DNA of 63,324 nucleotides, filler included, from Limisphaerales bacterium (GTDB taxonomy: Bacteria > Verrucomicrobiota > Verrucomicrobiia > Limisphaerales > SIBE01): NCBI GenBank assembly GCA_044225505.1. It is 7 parts of 7 records of this genome, joined end to end, with 100 filler letters (N's around TTAATTAATTAA, not from the genome) between each part and the next. Parts side by side here need not be neighbours in the genome. Positions count along the whole stretch, not along the records: positions 1 to 9,212 come from JBGAIN010000247.1; 6 more parts are not named here. One strand, 5' to 3'. The translations under genes were made by a program, and so were the position numbers. Below, piece by piece: positions 1 through 9,312 of this stretch (position 1 is its first letter; each line of letters begins with the position of its first letter). The notes under the pieces were generated by a model, which was given only the letters and a program-made list of their open reading frames with translations, made no database searches and had not been told where the DNA came from.

Positions 1-169
1 CGCATTTCATCGGCGCGCGGCTCATTACGGCCGACCGCCATGAAGTGGTCGGTGGTGGGAAGGACGAGGCTCGCCAGCTGCCGGCGCGTTTCGCATAGCA
101 TGAACCTGGACGTTCGGGGAATGCCACTATTTCTGGCGGCGTCTGAGGATGAGGAGTCTTGATAGGCAT
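1..169 (-). CDS. Possible 5' part of a hypothetical protein running off the window
   Basis: ATG at 169, 4 nt past the exonuclease stop, open to position 1 (MPIKTPHPQTPPEIVAF...). No motif recognised. Confidence 0.3.
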   Translation of the reverse strand, partial: MPIKTPHPQTPPEIVAFPERPGSCYAKRAGSWRASSFPPPTTSWRSAVMSRAPMKC

Positions 170-173
170 ATCG

Positions 174-932
174 TTAGTTCACTGTGGAATAGCTCGCGGG
201 GACGACAGCATGTTCTCCAATTGCAGGGGATTGATCCGAAGTTTCTGGCTCAGATGGCCGCAATTTCCGAACACGCAACTCTGCGATCAGTAGGACATCG
301 GCGATTCTGGCTGTGAGTTCCACGTCGTTGCGCAAATACTCCACTGCCCTCTTTCGGTCTTCCTTCCACAAGCGGACAAAATCCTCGCCGTGTCCGTTCT
401 TTTGCCCCAGTCCGAGGTACCTCGCGATTGTGTCCAAGGAACCACGGGCCTGCCGGTCACCGAGTTGCCATTCTTCCCGTAGGTCGACCATTTGCTCGGC
501 CCAGTAGCGACCACGCCGGATCCCAGATGGAATTTCGATGCGGTGCTTGTATGACCGCCGTATCAAGAACGGCAGGTCGAAGGTGTGAGTGTTAAAACCC
601 ACCATCCGATTGACGCGACCCATTTCACCACGGCAAGCCATCCAGAAAAGCCGAAGTGTCGTGGTCTCGTCCTCCTCTCCGAGCACGCGGAACTCGCCAC
701 GCTCCGAGAGGAGTCCGATCGCGAGCACTCGTCCGGTCAACGGATCCAGAGCAGCCCGTTCGACGAACTCGCGGCGATGGTTGGCCTCCGCCTCGGCCCG
801 TTTAGCTGCTATTTTTTCCGGGTCTTTTAGATTTCCCACCTTGACCTCAGTAGGGTCGAAAGGCGGCACAATCTCTGCTAATTCCCGCTCAGGCAGCGGG
901 CCCGTTTCAATGTCGAAGAAGATTGTTTTCAT
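174..932 (-). CDS. DEDDy 3'-5' exonuclease (PolB-exo/YprB RNase H-like)
   Basis: ExoI FFDIET, ExoII GFNTHTFDLPFL and ExoIII EYLRNDVELT motifs. Confidence 0.85.
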   Translation of the reverse strand: MKTIFFDIETGPLPERELAEIVPPFDPTEVKVGNLKDPEKIAAKRAEAEANHRREFVERAALDPLTGRVLAIGLLSERGEFRVLGEEDETTTLRLFWMACRGEMGRVNRMVGFNTHTFDLPFLIRRSYKHRIEIPSGIRRGRYWAEQMVDLREEWQLGDRQARGSLDTIARYLGLGQKNGHGEDFVRLWKEDRKRAVEYLRNDVELTARIADVLLIAELRVRKLRPSEPETSDQSPAIGEHAVVPASYSTVN

Positions 933-983
933 ATGTGTGAGCGCGTTCGATTCTTCTTTCTTGTGTGCTATTCAGACGAGCGG

Positions 984-1301
984 TTATGCGCTGACGGGCG
1001 CTTCGGACGCGCTCGCCTCATGACTTTGAATGTATTCCCTTAGGCTCTGAACGTTAATCAGGCGCACGCCGGTCTTTGCCCCCTTCCGCCGGAGAACAAC
1101 GCTGCGGACGGGCGGCCGGAACTCGTTCTCGTCTGACGGCAGAATCAGTACGTTAAGATAAGACCGCGATAATCCGAACATCGGGTCTCGCTCACGTGGT
1201 TTTGGGAGGCGAATATACTCGGGTTCAAAATGAGAGCCCGCTGCGATTGACAGCGGGCCAACAGTGAGTGGATCTCGATTATTTGGGTGCATGTTCGTCA
1301 T
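984..1301 (-). CDS. Small basic excisionase-like DNA-binding protein
   Basis: RLPKPRERDPMFGLSRSYLNVLI...VRLINVQSLREYI resembles winged-helix Xis-like proteins; lies directly downstream of the recombinase. Confidence 0.6.
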   Translation of the reverse strand: MTNMHPNNRDPLTVGPLSIAAGSHFEPEYIRLPKPRERDPMFGLSRSYLNVLILPSDENEFRPPVRSVVLRRKGAKTGVRLINVQSLREYIQSHEASASEAPVSA

Positions 1302-1315
1302 ACACCCCAGAATAG

Positions 1316-2719
1316 CTATGCCGCCAAGGAATCCGTTCCAGGGTCCGAATCCCACGGGGTGCTTTCGGCCTGCAAAGCGCGCTCTTGGGAAGGCGAAATG
1401 TGCAGGATTTTCGGATGGCGAGTCGTGCGAGCATGCTCAAGGCGCGCGACCACGGTTCCCTTCCAGCTCTTGTTCCTCGGGAAGCGGATCACCCAGCTCC
1501 CCAGCGGAAGATGACCCGTGTCGAACAGATAGATCTGTTCGCTTGCGACCTCCGAAAGGAGACTTTTCAACGGGTTGTGCACTTGTTCAACAGCGTTCTT
1601 GGCAGAGTTCTCGTCAATGTGGGTGTAGATGTCCGAAACGGCCTGAGATCGGTGCCCCACAATGTTCCGAGCCACGGCCTCGCTGACATTGCTGATTTTC
1701 AAGAGAGTCGTGTAGGTATGGCGAAGGCTCCCAAAGGTCAGAGGGAGATACTTGTTGGCTCCAACGCGTTCCACGCCGCGCACCTTTCCGGGCTCACGCA
1801 CCCTCGCGCGGTAGAGCAATTCCACAAATTCCTGACCCACCCGGCTCGAGGTAAGCTTGCCCTTGATCCACATCCACTTGTAGGCACGAGGGAAGAGCGG
1901 AGTGTTAGCGGGCAAACCCTCGAACTTCATTTTCCAGTGGTCGAGTAGCCACCGCGGTAGGGGTTTGGGTTCGATCTGGTTTACTTTCCGCTCCAACGGG
2001 CGGAAGAATCCAGTTTCGAAGTCGATGTCGCCAACAACGAGCAAGGACACGTCACCGATTCGCATCCCGCTAGCGCTCCCCGCGAGAACCATTCCCTTCC
2101 ATTCCTCGTCACCAGCGAAGTAGGTGTCTACGAGTTCAGCGTCCATAAAAGGCCGGCGGTTGGAGCGTTTCGGGCGCGCCGGCAGCTTGACTAATCGAAC
2201 GACATTAGAGGGGACAAGTTTGAAGTTGAAAGCGGCTTCAAACAGTACACCCAGGCATTGACCGTAAGTGCGAACGCTACGCTTGCCCCAGCGGTACTTC
2301 GCCTTATCGTGAGCCAGCCACTCCGAAACGTGACCAGCGCCGACATCCCAGATATCCAATTTGCCGAGGCCCTTGTCGGCCATGAACTCAACAAACCGGC
2401 CTGCGATCAGCTTCTTCATCGTCTTGTCCCCGTCGGACTGCGCGGTCTGCACAGCCAGTTCCGGCAAGATCTCGTCAATTGGCGTTGGCTCCAGCACGCC
2501 GGTATTGACGACTCTCGCCAGCATTTGCGCTGTGTCCATGATTGTAACTTTGGTCACGTGCTTCCCCTCGTTCTCTTTAGCAAAGAGGTGAAGTTTCGCG
2601 CCTATCAATTTCGCGGCTTCCTTGTTAGTTGTGCGGGTCGAAATGCGCTTCGGCCCATCGGACGTGGGGACATCCACGTGGATGTTTTGGGAGTTTGGAC
2701 ATCGGATTATCGTGCTCAT
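1316..2719 (-). CDS. Tyrosine recombinase/integrase
   Basis: SGMRIGDV (Arg I), FGSLRHT (HxxR box with His replaced by Gly), IVGH and DIYTH (catalytic Tyr); N-terminal arm-binding-like segment RISTRTTNKEAA. Confidence 0.9.
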   Translation of the reverse strand: MSTIIRCPNSQNIHVDVPTSDGPKRISTRTTNKEAAKLIGAKLHLFAKENEGKHVTKVTIMDTAQMLARVVNTGVLEPTPIDEILPELAVQTAQSDGDKTMKKLIAGRFVEFMADKGLGKLDIWDVGAGHVSEWLAHDKAKYRWGKRSVRTYGQCLGVLFEAAFNFKLVPSNVVRLVKLPARPKRSNRRPFMDAELVDTYFAGDEEWKGMVLAGSASGMRIGDVSLLVVGDIDFETGFFRPLERKVNQIEPKPLPRWLLDHWKMKFEGLPANTPLFPRAYKWMWIKGKLTSSRVGQEFVELLYRARVREPGKVRGVERVGANKYLPLTFGSLRHTYTTLLKISNVSEAVARNIVGHRSQAVSDIYTHIDENSAKNAVEQVHNPLKSLLSEVASEQIYLFDTGHLPLGSWVIRFPRNKSWKGTVVARLEHARTTRHPKILHISPSQERALQAESTPWDSDPGTDSLAA

Positions 2720-2954
2720 GTTGTGATTACTGCTTTCTAAACAATAGCTACCGATTGAGGGACGTTGTATACGGGGTGGGAGAATGGGTCGGACATTCCT
2801 CCTTCTGCATCGCTCGCGATTGCCGGGTGGGCAGCGACGGCCGCCTGGGCGTAGCGATTATTGTGGATCCAAGTGGACGTGCAGGAAGGGACCTTCTTCC
2901 ACGTTACGATTAGCACGTGGAAGTTCTTTGAGTCATACGGAAGTATAATCGGGC

Positions 2955-3347
2955 TCATAGAGTTTGTGCTTGTTTCTCGGTACGGAATGCGATCCCCGGC
3001 ACAGGAAATCGCGAAAGCGGGCTCACAAGATTCAATGCCGTTTTGGGTGTCCAGCGGCATTTTTGAATTGTGAGATTCCTCAGTAATTTGAGGTTTTCAA
3101 AACGTGTTAAAAGGCTCTGCCAATATAAAACATCGATGGAAATTTCTGTCAAAAGCCCGCTTGCGTTGGGGCCTCCCTTGCTGCCGCCGCAAAACTCACA
3201 AGAAATCCAATTGCATCCATGCTCGCCCATCGACAGACAACCGCGACCGAGGTAGCCGTTTGCCAACACGATCGGAGCCCCCGCTGCCGCCATCTCTATC
3301 GCGTCGTAAGCGAAGAAGGAATTACGAGCGGGCATGGCTGTTTTCAT
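2955..3347 (-). CDS. Hypothetical protein
   Basis: 130-aa ORF co-oriented with and overlapping the upstream HTH gene; no motif recognised. Confidence 0.3.
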   Translation of the reverse strand: MKTAMPARNSFFAYDAIEMAAAGAPIVLANGYLGRGCLSMGEHGCNWISCEFCGGSKGGPNASGLLTEISIDVLYWQSLLTRFENLKLLRNLTIQKCRWTPKTALNLVSPLSRFPVPGIAFRTEKQAQTL

Positions 3348-3621
3348 TCTTCTCCTTCACGTGCTCCCGAACGATCCGTGTCGCCTTATCCAACCACGCG
3401 GTGTTATCTGCCAGCTTCAAGATGACTGAGGTTGAAAACCAAAGTGGAGCGCCTTTGGGCGGGCTACCCAACGGCTTTAACATTCGAGCCGCCACTAGAA
3501 TGCCAATTGCGTCTTTGTCGCGGAATTGGAGTACATCGGCGGTCTGCTGCGTCGAGAGTCTATGCGGTGGGCGCAGCAGCGTTAGTATGATCGGAACTAG
3601 TTCTTCGTAGGGCTTGCTCAT
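3322..3621 (-). CDS. Small HTH/excisionase-like protein
   Basis: RLSTQQTADVLQF...IGILVAARMLKPLG...WFSTSVILKL has a MerR/Xis-like HTH pattern. Confidence 0.6.
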   Translation of the reverse strand: MSKPYEELVPIILTLLRPPHRLSTQQTADVLQFRDKDAIGILVAARMLKPLGSPPKGAPLWFSTSVILKLADNTAWLDKATRIVREHVKEKNENSHARS

Positions 3622-4023
3622 TGAAAATGACGATGGTGAACTTCTAGTGAGTGGAGTGCGTTTGGCCGCCTGTAACCCTGTGAACCAATCCTTGACGCAG
3701 CAGCATTCGCAACAAATCAGCAGAGACTCTGAGATGGTCTGCCGTCTCTTGCCTCGAGAGGCAGCATGTGAGCTGATTCGCCAAGTGCGGCAGCTCTGCT
3801 CGATTTCGTTTACCCGGCGTATCGCGCCGCGTTTTTATGCTTTCGCTCATGCACGTAAGGATTGCACGAGCACGCACTCCCGTAATTCATTTCACGTCAC
3901 AATGGATGCGGGTGAATAACTGGGAACTGGACTGGACGAAATATTAACGGGCTGAGGAACTTGGCAAATCCAAGTCAGATGAGGGATTGAGGGATTGAGG
4001 AGTATCGGGCGCTGACTTATAAC

Positions 4024-4932
4024 CTATGTCGGAGAGGGAAAGAGAAAGTCGCAAAAGTGTCTGGCCTTCGTCAAGGAGTTGTCCCATGTACCCTTAGGGA
4101 CAAGCGGCAAGTCATGATTGACGATTGTGGACGGTCGTCGGTGGACTTGACGACGAAGAGCTTGTTGAGCCTTTTGAAACTGAAGACCCGAGCGGTGCAA
4201 TCGCCACGCGGAAAGCCAGCGGAGACGGTTGTAAGCGTCCGAATGCGCTGCTTTCTTCTTCAGATTCTTGCCATGGACGTTATAGGCTTCTGAGAGCCAT
4301 CGACGGAAAGAATCTAGGATTTCCGTTTCCCGCTTTTTCCAATTAATCGCAACTTCAAAGATGGCGTTTTCGTTTGCGGGATCCTCTCGATACAACGCCA
4401 CAGGCTCGGTCGGATCGAACACGGTGAACGCTTCGCTCTTTTGGCAACTCCGCTGCCATCTAGATCTCAGTCTCTTTCTGCTGTTCGGGTCAAGCTTTAG
4501 CCAGGGGGTCGGAAAATCCGGTGCCTCATATATAATCATCGTTGCGACTCCATGCTGCAGTGGTTCAGGAACCGTTCCGAGCAATCGCTGAACGACTTCA
4601 TCACTGTCGGTTACATTGATGCCTTGTTTGACTAGTCCATTCAGTACCTTGGCGATTGGCACGGTTTTGCCCGTGTCCCATTCGATTGACGAGAATTCCT
4701 CGGAATGCCATTTTCTCTTCCACGACGGAAATGCCCGAGCTGCCCACTTTTTCCAGCAGCGTCGTATCCAGTCGCAAGAGGCGGCGTATTCATAAAAGGC
4801 GACCAAGGGCACGTCCTCGGGATCAACAGCGCGGAAATCCCAATATTCCTCGCCGAGCGGCCATTGATAAAGTCCAGGCGGGTCCTTTCTCGGAGCTCCA
4901 CCCTTGTTCTTCTTGGCGGGCTTGCTACTCAT
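4024..4932 (-). CDS. Hypothetical element-encoded protein, possible transcriptional regulator
   Basis: 302-aa ORF with WDF...FYEYA N-terminal motif and a basic helical C-terminus. Confidence 0.6.
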   Translation of the reverse strand: MSSKPAKKNKGGAPRKDPPGLYQWPLGEEYWDFRAVDPEDVPLVAFYEYAASCDWIRRCWKKWAARAFPSWKRKWHSEEFSSIEWDTGKTVPIAKVLNGLVKQGINVTDSDEVVQRLLGTVPEPLQHGVATMIIYEAPDFPTPWLKLDPNSRKRLRSRWQRSCQKSEAFTVFDPTEPVALYREDPANENAIFEVAINWKKRETEILDSFRRWLSEAYNVHGKNLKKKAAHSDAYNRLRWLSAWRLHRSGLQFQKAQQALRRQVHRRPSTIVNHDLPLVPKGTWDNSLTKARHFCDFLFPSPT

Positions 4933-5120
4933 GCGTCTTCCATGTTGCCGGCCCGCAAACAGTTACGCAATCTCAAAGCATGAGGTGCGGCAACAATTCG
5001 GAAGGGTCCCCGGGTAAAGCCAGCGTGCACCCGGCCGATATTCTCCACTCGATCTTCTTGGAGGTGGTTCCCTGCCCAAATTGGGCGCCTCGGCCGGCGC
5101 CATTCAGGCTGGTCACCATG

Positions 5121-6245
5121 TTAAACGTCCACGAGTTCCTCGCTGGCCAAGCGTACAGTGATGGCGACTTCGCCACGTCCCGATTCTTCGAGCAGGCGTC
5201 TGGCTTTACGCAAGAGGTTGGGACGGTCGTCACCCAGTTCAATGAGAGCGCCGTTCGCGAGGGTCTTCAGCCGGGCTGAGGCTGGGAAATCCGATGCGAG
5301 TTGCTTGACAAAGGAGACATCGGGAATTGCGACACCGTGCCCAATCAGCCAATTTCCCACTATCAAGGGGACCTCGTTCCATTTTCGAATCGCGACGGCT
5401 TCAGATCCAACTTGAACCTCGACCGGCCTTTCGGACATAGGTTTCTGACCAGCGATTGATTCAATCGGTTCGGACGGTGAAGCCCCTGGCTCCGGCTTAT
5501 GAACCTCGGCTGACCGGAGTTGCGGTTGGCGCGAGGTATTATGCATTACCGTCGCCGGCTTCGTGTCTTCTGTAAAGGCCTGTACCCCTACGGTTTCACA
5601 CGGCACCTGGAGCGCGGAAGCCGCGGGCGCCGGTTGGCCAGCTCGGCTGTCTGTAGCCGTGATGTTGGTGATAATCGCTCGTGTCGTAAGCGTTTGTAGG
5701 TCAACGAGAAACGTCGTCACTTCGGTAATCGTCTGGAGTGACGCTTCTTGGTCTCCTTTTTGCAGTTCCTCCTTCGCCTTGCTTACCAAGCTGATCGCGT
5801 GACCTAGATCCTCTACTGAGACTTTCACCTTCTTGGGAATGGCTGTGCGTTTCGAGGTAGGTTTTCTCACCCTCAGGGCTGCCAGTCGAAGGTGTTCGTG
5901 CGTCAATCTGCCGCTTCCGACAATCTCGGGGACATACTTCAGCGCTTCCTTGACTTGGTCGTCTGTCAATCCAATCAAGGCTCGTGCCTGGTACTCGTTC
6001 TCGATGTTAACGCCAATTGGCGTCGCAATCTTGTCAATTCGCCAGTGGTTGATGGCACGATCTCCCCAATCTCTTGAGCAACCGAATGTGGCGACGCAAT
6101 ACTCTTCAAAACTGGAATACTCGTTGATGTAGAGCTCGCGATCGCGAATGATGACCAGCATACCACCGGCTTTGCAGGTCGCGCGAAGACACTCTCGGAT
6201 GGCGTTTTCGTATTTTTGGCGAATAGTCATGCTCCAGCTTTGCAC
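5121..6245 (-). CDS. Phage/plasmid-type protein with N-terminal helical DNA-binding-like domain
   Basis: IRDRELY...SSFEEYC...FGCSR...NEYQARAL pattern typical of mobile-element proteins; Pro/Ala/Ser-rich linker. Start may be the internal Met (MTIRQKY). Confidence 0.65.
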   Translation of the reverse strand: MQSWSMTIRQKYENAIRECLRATCKAGGMLVIIRDRELYINEYSSFEEYCVATFGCSRDWGDRAINHWRIDKIATPIGVNIENEYQARALIGLTDDQVKEALKYVPEIVGSGRLTHEHLRLAALRVRKPTSKRTAIPKKVKVSVEDLGHAISLVSKAKEELQKGDQEASLQTITEVTTFLVDLQTLTTRAIITNITATDSRAGQPAPAASALQVPCETVGVQAFTEDTKPATVMHNTSRQPQLRSAEVHKPEPGASPSEPIESIAGQKPMSERPVEVQVGSEAVAIRKWNEVPLIVGNWLIGHGVAIPDVSFVKQLASDFPASARLKTLANGALIELGDDRPNLLRKARRLLEESGRGEVAITVRLASEELVDV

Positions 6246-6855
6246 GACTGTGGGAATCAGTACATCACTTCCTTGCGACAGGGAACGCCGGTGACAAACT
6301 CAGAGAGCATATTACTGCCGGCAGATGCGGCGCGCACCGTCTTGAAAACTGGGCCACGGACATTCGCCCAAGATCAATGGAGAGTGCTGAATCTCGAAGT
6401 TTAAAGGGGGATTTGGGATTTGCCGTTAACTCTCGCACGGACTCGTGATCGAGCACCGGCGCGGTGTAAGCGCGTTCACGCCAGCCAGGTTAGTTGGCCA
6501 TCGCGCAACAATCGAAGTGGGAAATCGGTTCGTCCGGTCTGATGAGATGTGACACGGTCAAGCAGCACTGACAGCTGCACCCGTCTTGTAACTCGCTACC
6601 AGAATAGAATGTCCTGCTCTTTGCCTTCTCAATGTAGGTCTTGGGGCGGCAACCGCTGGATTCCCGCCTTGCCGACCAAATTCTATCCGGAACCTATTTC
6701 CGGTCGTCAACGGGTCGGCTTCCCAGAACAAATGCAGCTGGCACAAAACCACCGTCATCATAGCTATTGTTCGATGACACGGAAGACTGGAAGACTGGCG
6801 TCCGGATAGGCGCTGCACGTCTGAAATTGTCCGAATCAACAAGCACACGAAATCT

Positions 6856-6981
6856 ATGCCAAAAAAGACGAAGAAAGCAAAAGTCCCTGCCGAACCGAAA
6901 CCCAAGGAACCTGTTCCGGGCTCCAGCGTCGAGAACCCGAAGAAGACGTCGCCAATGAGATTCCCAGGCCGGAGCTGGTAA
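6856..6981 (+). CDS. 41-aa Lys/Pro-rich peptide (below ORF-track cutoff)
   Basis: Manual translation MPKKTKKAKVPAEPKPKEPVPGSSVENPKKTSPMRFPGRSW*; stop lies 1 nt before the next gene's GTG. Confidence 0.45.
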   Translation: MPKKTKKAKVPAEPKPKEPVPGSSVENPKKTSPMRFPGRSW

Positions 6982-6982
6982 A

Positions 6983-7522
6983 GTGAAGGCTGGTTCTTAC
7001 AAAGCGCGCCGCGTACACTTTGCTGATTACGCGGCGGCGTTCTTTAACCCGTTCCTGTTCAGCGCAGATTGGAGAGCTCGGCAAGGGTGTGGGGCCTCTG
7101 CACTCGCCCTCCTGACCGGAGTGCTGCCTGAAAGGATAGCCCGCGAAAACGGTGATCCTCACTACTCTGACCGATTCATGTTGCGGTTTCTACGAAACCG
7201 CGGCTTCATGGCAACGGAACTGACCCTTTGTCGAATCTCGGCGAGTACGAGTTCAATCGGGCGAAATCACGTGGTCCTCTTGTCTCAGCTGTTCCGCCCT
7301 TGTGAGGCCACTTGGGGAGTAATATTCAACGCCACCACCTACTTTCATAATTTCGAGTGGTACGACGTTGGAGCGCTTTCCCTCCTCAACAAACCCGTTA
7401 TGAGCGCCTACTTGGTGGTTCATCCCACGTGGCGCGCTCGCCGGACCCTGACGAAAGCGAAACACGACGTTCGATCGGCGAAGAGCGCGGTTCGCTTTGC
7501 TAAGCTGGGCATTGCCAAGTGA
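6983..7522 (+). CDS. Hypothetical protein, possible papain/C39-like fold
   Basis: CGASALALLTG helix resembles the catalytic-Cys motif of C39-like domains. Confidence 0.55.
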   Translation: MKAGSYKARRVHFADYAAAFFNPFLFSADWRARQGCGASALALLTGVLPERIARENGDPHYSDRFMLRFLRNRGFMATELTLCRISASTSSIGRNHVVLLSQLFRPCEATWGVIFNATTYFHNFEWYDVGALSLLNKPVMSAYLVVHPTWRARRTLTKAKHDVRSAKSAVRFAKLGIAK

Positions 7523-7756
7523 GAAGCAACAGTGGCCAACGAGTAGCTGAGGACGAGCGCTGAACGATTGGGAGGCCAGAAGGTTCGAGTTGAACTCCGG
7601 CGATCAAGGGAAGGACAAACAGGTGATCAGTAGATAAGGTTGGTTCGATGACGCTATCGGCGATCGAACCCACCGCAGGACGTCGGAGACTTCGTCGTTC
7701 TGACACCAAGCAGAAGCGACTGAACAGAATCTCTCGAGTCTCAGCTATTCGAGACG

Positions 7757-8158
7757 ATGACCGATGATCAAAAACCGTTGTCTCGAGGAGAACACCAGAT
7801 GGTCAGTCCTCCATCGCCGAATTGCCAGCCCGCGGATTCTGACATAGCAGGTCGATGGCTGATCGAATTAGTAAAAGTCGACGCCAGTCCCGGTGCGGAG
7901 GCACAGCCGGGCTCCTGGAATACCTACGCGATCGGAAACACTAACCCTGGCGTTTCACTGCCTATCGATTACACGCTAATCGGGATTCTCCTCGATCCGC
8001 TTGAGGTTGGGCGACCGGTCCGCGTTCTGCGCCTTTCCCGAAATGGAATCGAGACTCTTGGGCTCTATCAATCAAGCCCGGTGGTCGAAATTACCTCCTC
8101 TGGATTCAGAACGCGGAACTCAGTTTATCACCTTCGATTCATGCGATTCGCACCGTGA
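7757..8158 (+). CDS. Hypothetical phage-like beta-rich protein
   Basis: 133-aa ATG ORF ending ...FRTRNSVYHL; no function assigned. Confidence 0.6.
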   Translation: MTDDQKPLSRGEHQMVSPPSPNCQPADSDIAGRWLIELVKVDASPGAEAQPGSWNTYAIGNTNPGVSLPIDYTLIGILLDPLEVGRPVRVLRLSRNGIETLGLYQSSPVVEITSSGFRTRNSVYHLRFMRFAP

Positions 8159-8512
8159 CGAGCAGGGCTGAAGGTGCACCGCTTTTGGCCCTCAGGTCAG
8201 GCCCTACCGAGGACCCTCAACTCGGTATCTGTGTTCAACGCCAGAAACGGTTGCTGCATCGCTGAAGCCCCCCATGCCCGTCCCCGCCTCAACCCGCTCA
8301 AGCAAGCGTTGCATGGCGGCGGCGGCGACGGCCGTAACGCCCATCAGGGTTCAGGGATCTTCATCTCGTGGACATGCTGAGGAGCTGGAAAGGAATCAGT
8401 GTCCCGGTGACTCTGAAGGGTGGAAGAAGGACAAGCGCCGGTGCTCGTGCCGTGGGACGGCTCCGCGTAGAGCGAAGTGCCGTCGATGGGCAAGCAAAGC
8501 CGTCTGCGACTC

Positions 8513-9212
8513 TCAACCCAGTTCTGAACCGATCTGCAGAGATTCTTCTTGGGGAAACGCCTGGACCCTAATTACGGTCGGCAAGCACAGGCTCTGCTCG
8601 GGAAATTCGAAGTCGATGAGAGAATAATGAAACGCCATCTCCTCTTGCCCAACGTTGATGCATGCCGAATTTCGACACCTGGAGTACCACTTTCCTGTGG
8701 CCAATGGAGTATCATGGTCATGGCCGGAAACCGTGATTTTCGGCGAGTAGCGTTCAACGGCGGCCTTCCACGATGGATTAAGCAAGTCCCATCTGGCGAT
8801 TGGATCGCCCATTGGCGGCTCGTGCATAAGCCAAAGGGTTCGACTGGCTGGGCCAATCGGTTGCGTCAGGTGAGGAAGCCAGATTGAGGTGTCAGCTGGT
8901 AGGGTTTGTCGCCGCGATTTCTCAAAATCCAGTGTCAAGTCGTTCCCGCTCTTGGGGAGGGTCTCACACCAAGTGAACTCAGATCCAATTTTGCAGGGAA
9001 ATCCGAGCATCACAAGTGGGCCGATCTTGTAGGCACTGCCGTATAGCGCGGTCAACGGTCGTCTGTCATATGGCCAAGCGTAGACAAATTCCTGCCAATT
9101 TACGTCTTCGTGATTGCCCCGCGTGAATATCAGATGCTTCACAGGAACTTCAGCGAGGATCGTAGCGCATTCGGCGGTGCTGAACTGGTGCTTCCCAATG
9201 GGTCCACCATGA
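8513..9212 (-). CDS. Calcineurin-like metallophosphoesterase (5'-truncated)
   Basis: GNHE, MHEPP and SGHDH motifs; frame open to the contig end. Confidence 0.8.
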
Positions 9213-9312
9213 NNNNNNNNNNNNNNNNNNNNNNNNNNNNNNNNNNNNNNNNNNNNTTAATTAATTAANNNNNNNNNNNNNNNNNNNNNNNNNNNNNNNN
9301 NNNNNNNNNNNN
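9213..9312. other. Artificial contig linker
   Basis: N44-TTAATTAATTAA-N44; same linker at 18518-18617, 27701-27800, 36706-36805, 45682-45781 and 54026-54125. Confidence 0.99.

Larger units (their letters stand above)
1..9212. mobile_element. Integrative/prophage-like element (partial)
   Basis: Recombinase, two Xis-like genes, exonuclease and phage-type orphans with no housekeeping genes; no att site or virion genes seen. Confidence 0.7.

Noticed and set aside
6505..6556. Hammerhead-like CTGATGAG with nearby GAAA/GAAG
   Set aside because: Could not build stems I and III around the core; likely chance. A cmsearch with hammerhead models would settle it.
9213..9312. Recurring TTAATTAATTAA within N runs
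   Set aside because: Artificial all-frame-stop linker; adjacency across it has no biological meaning.
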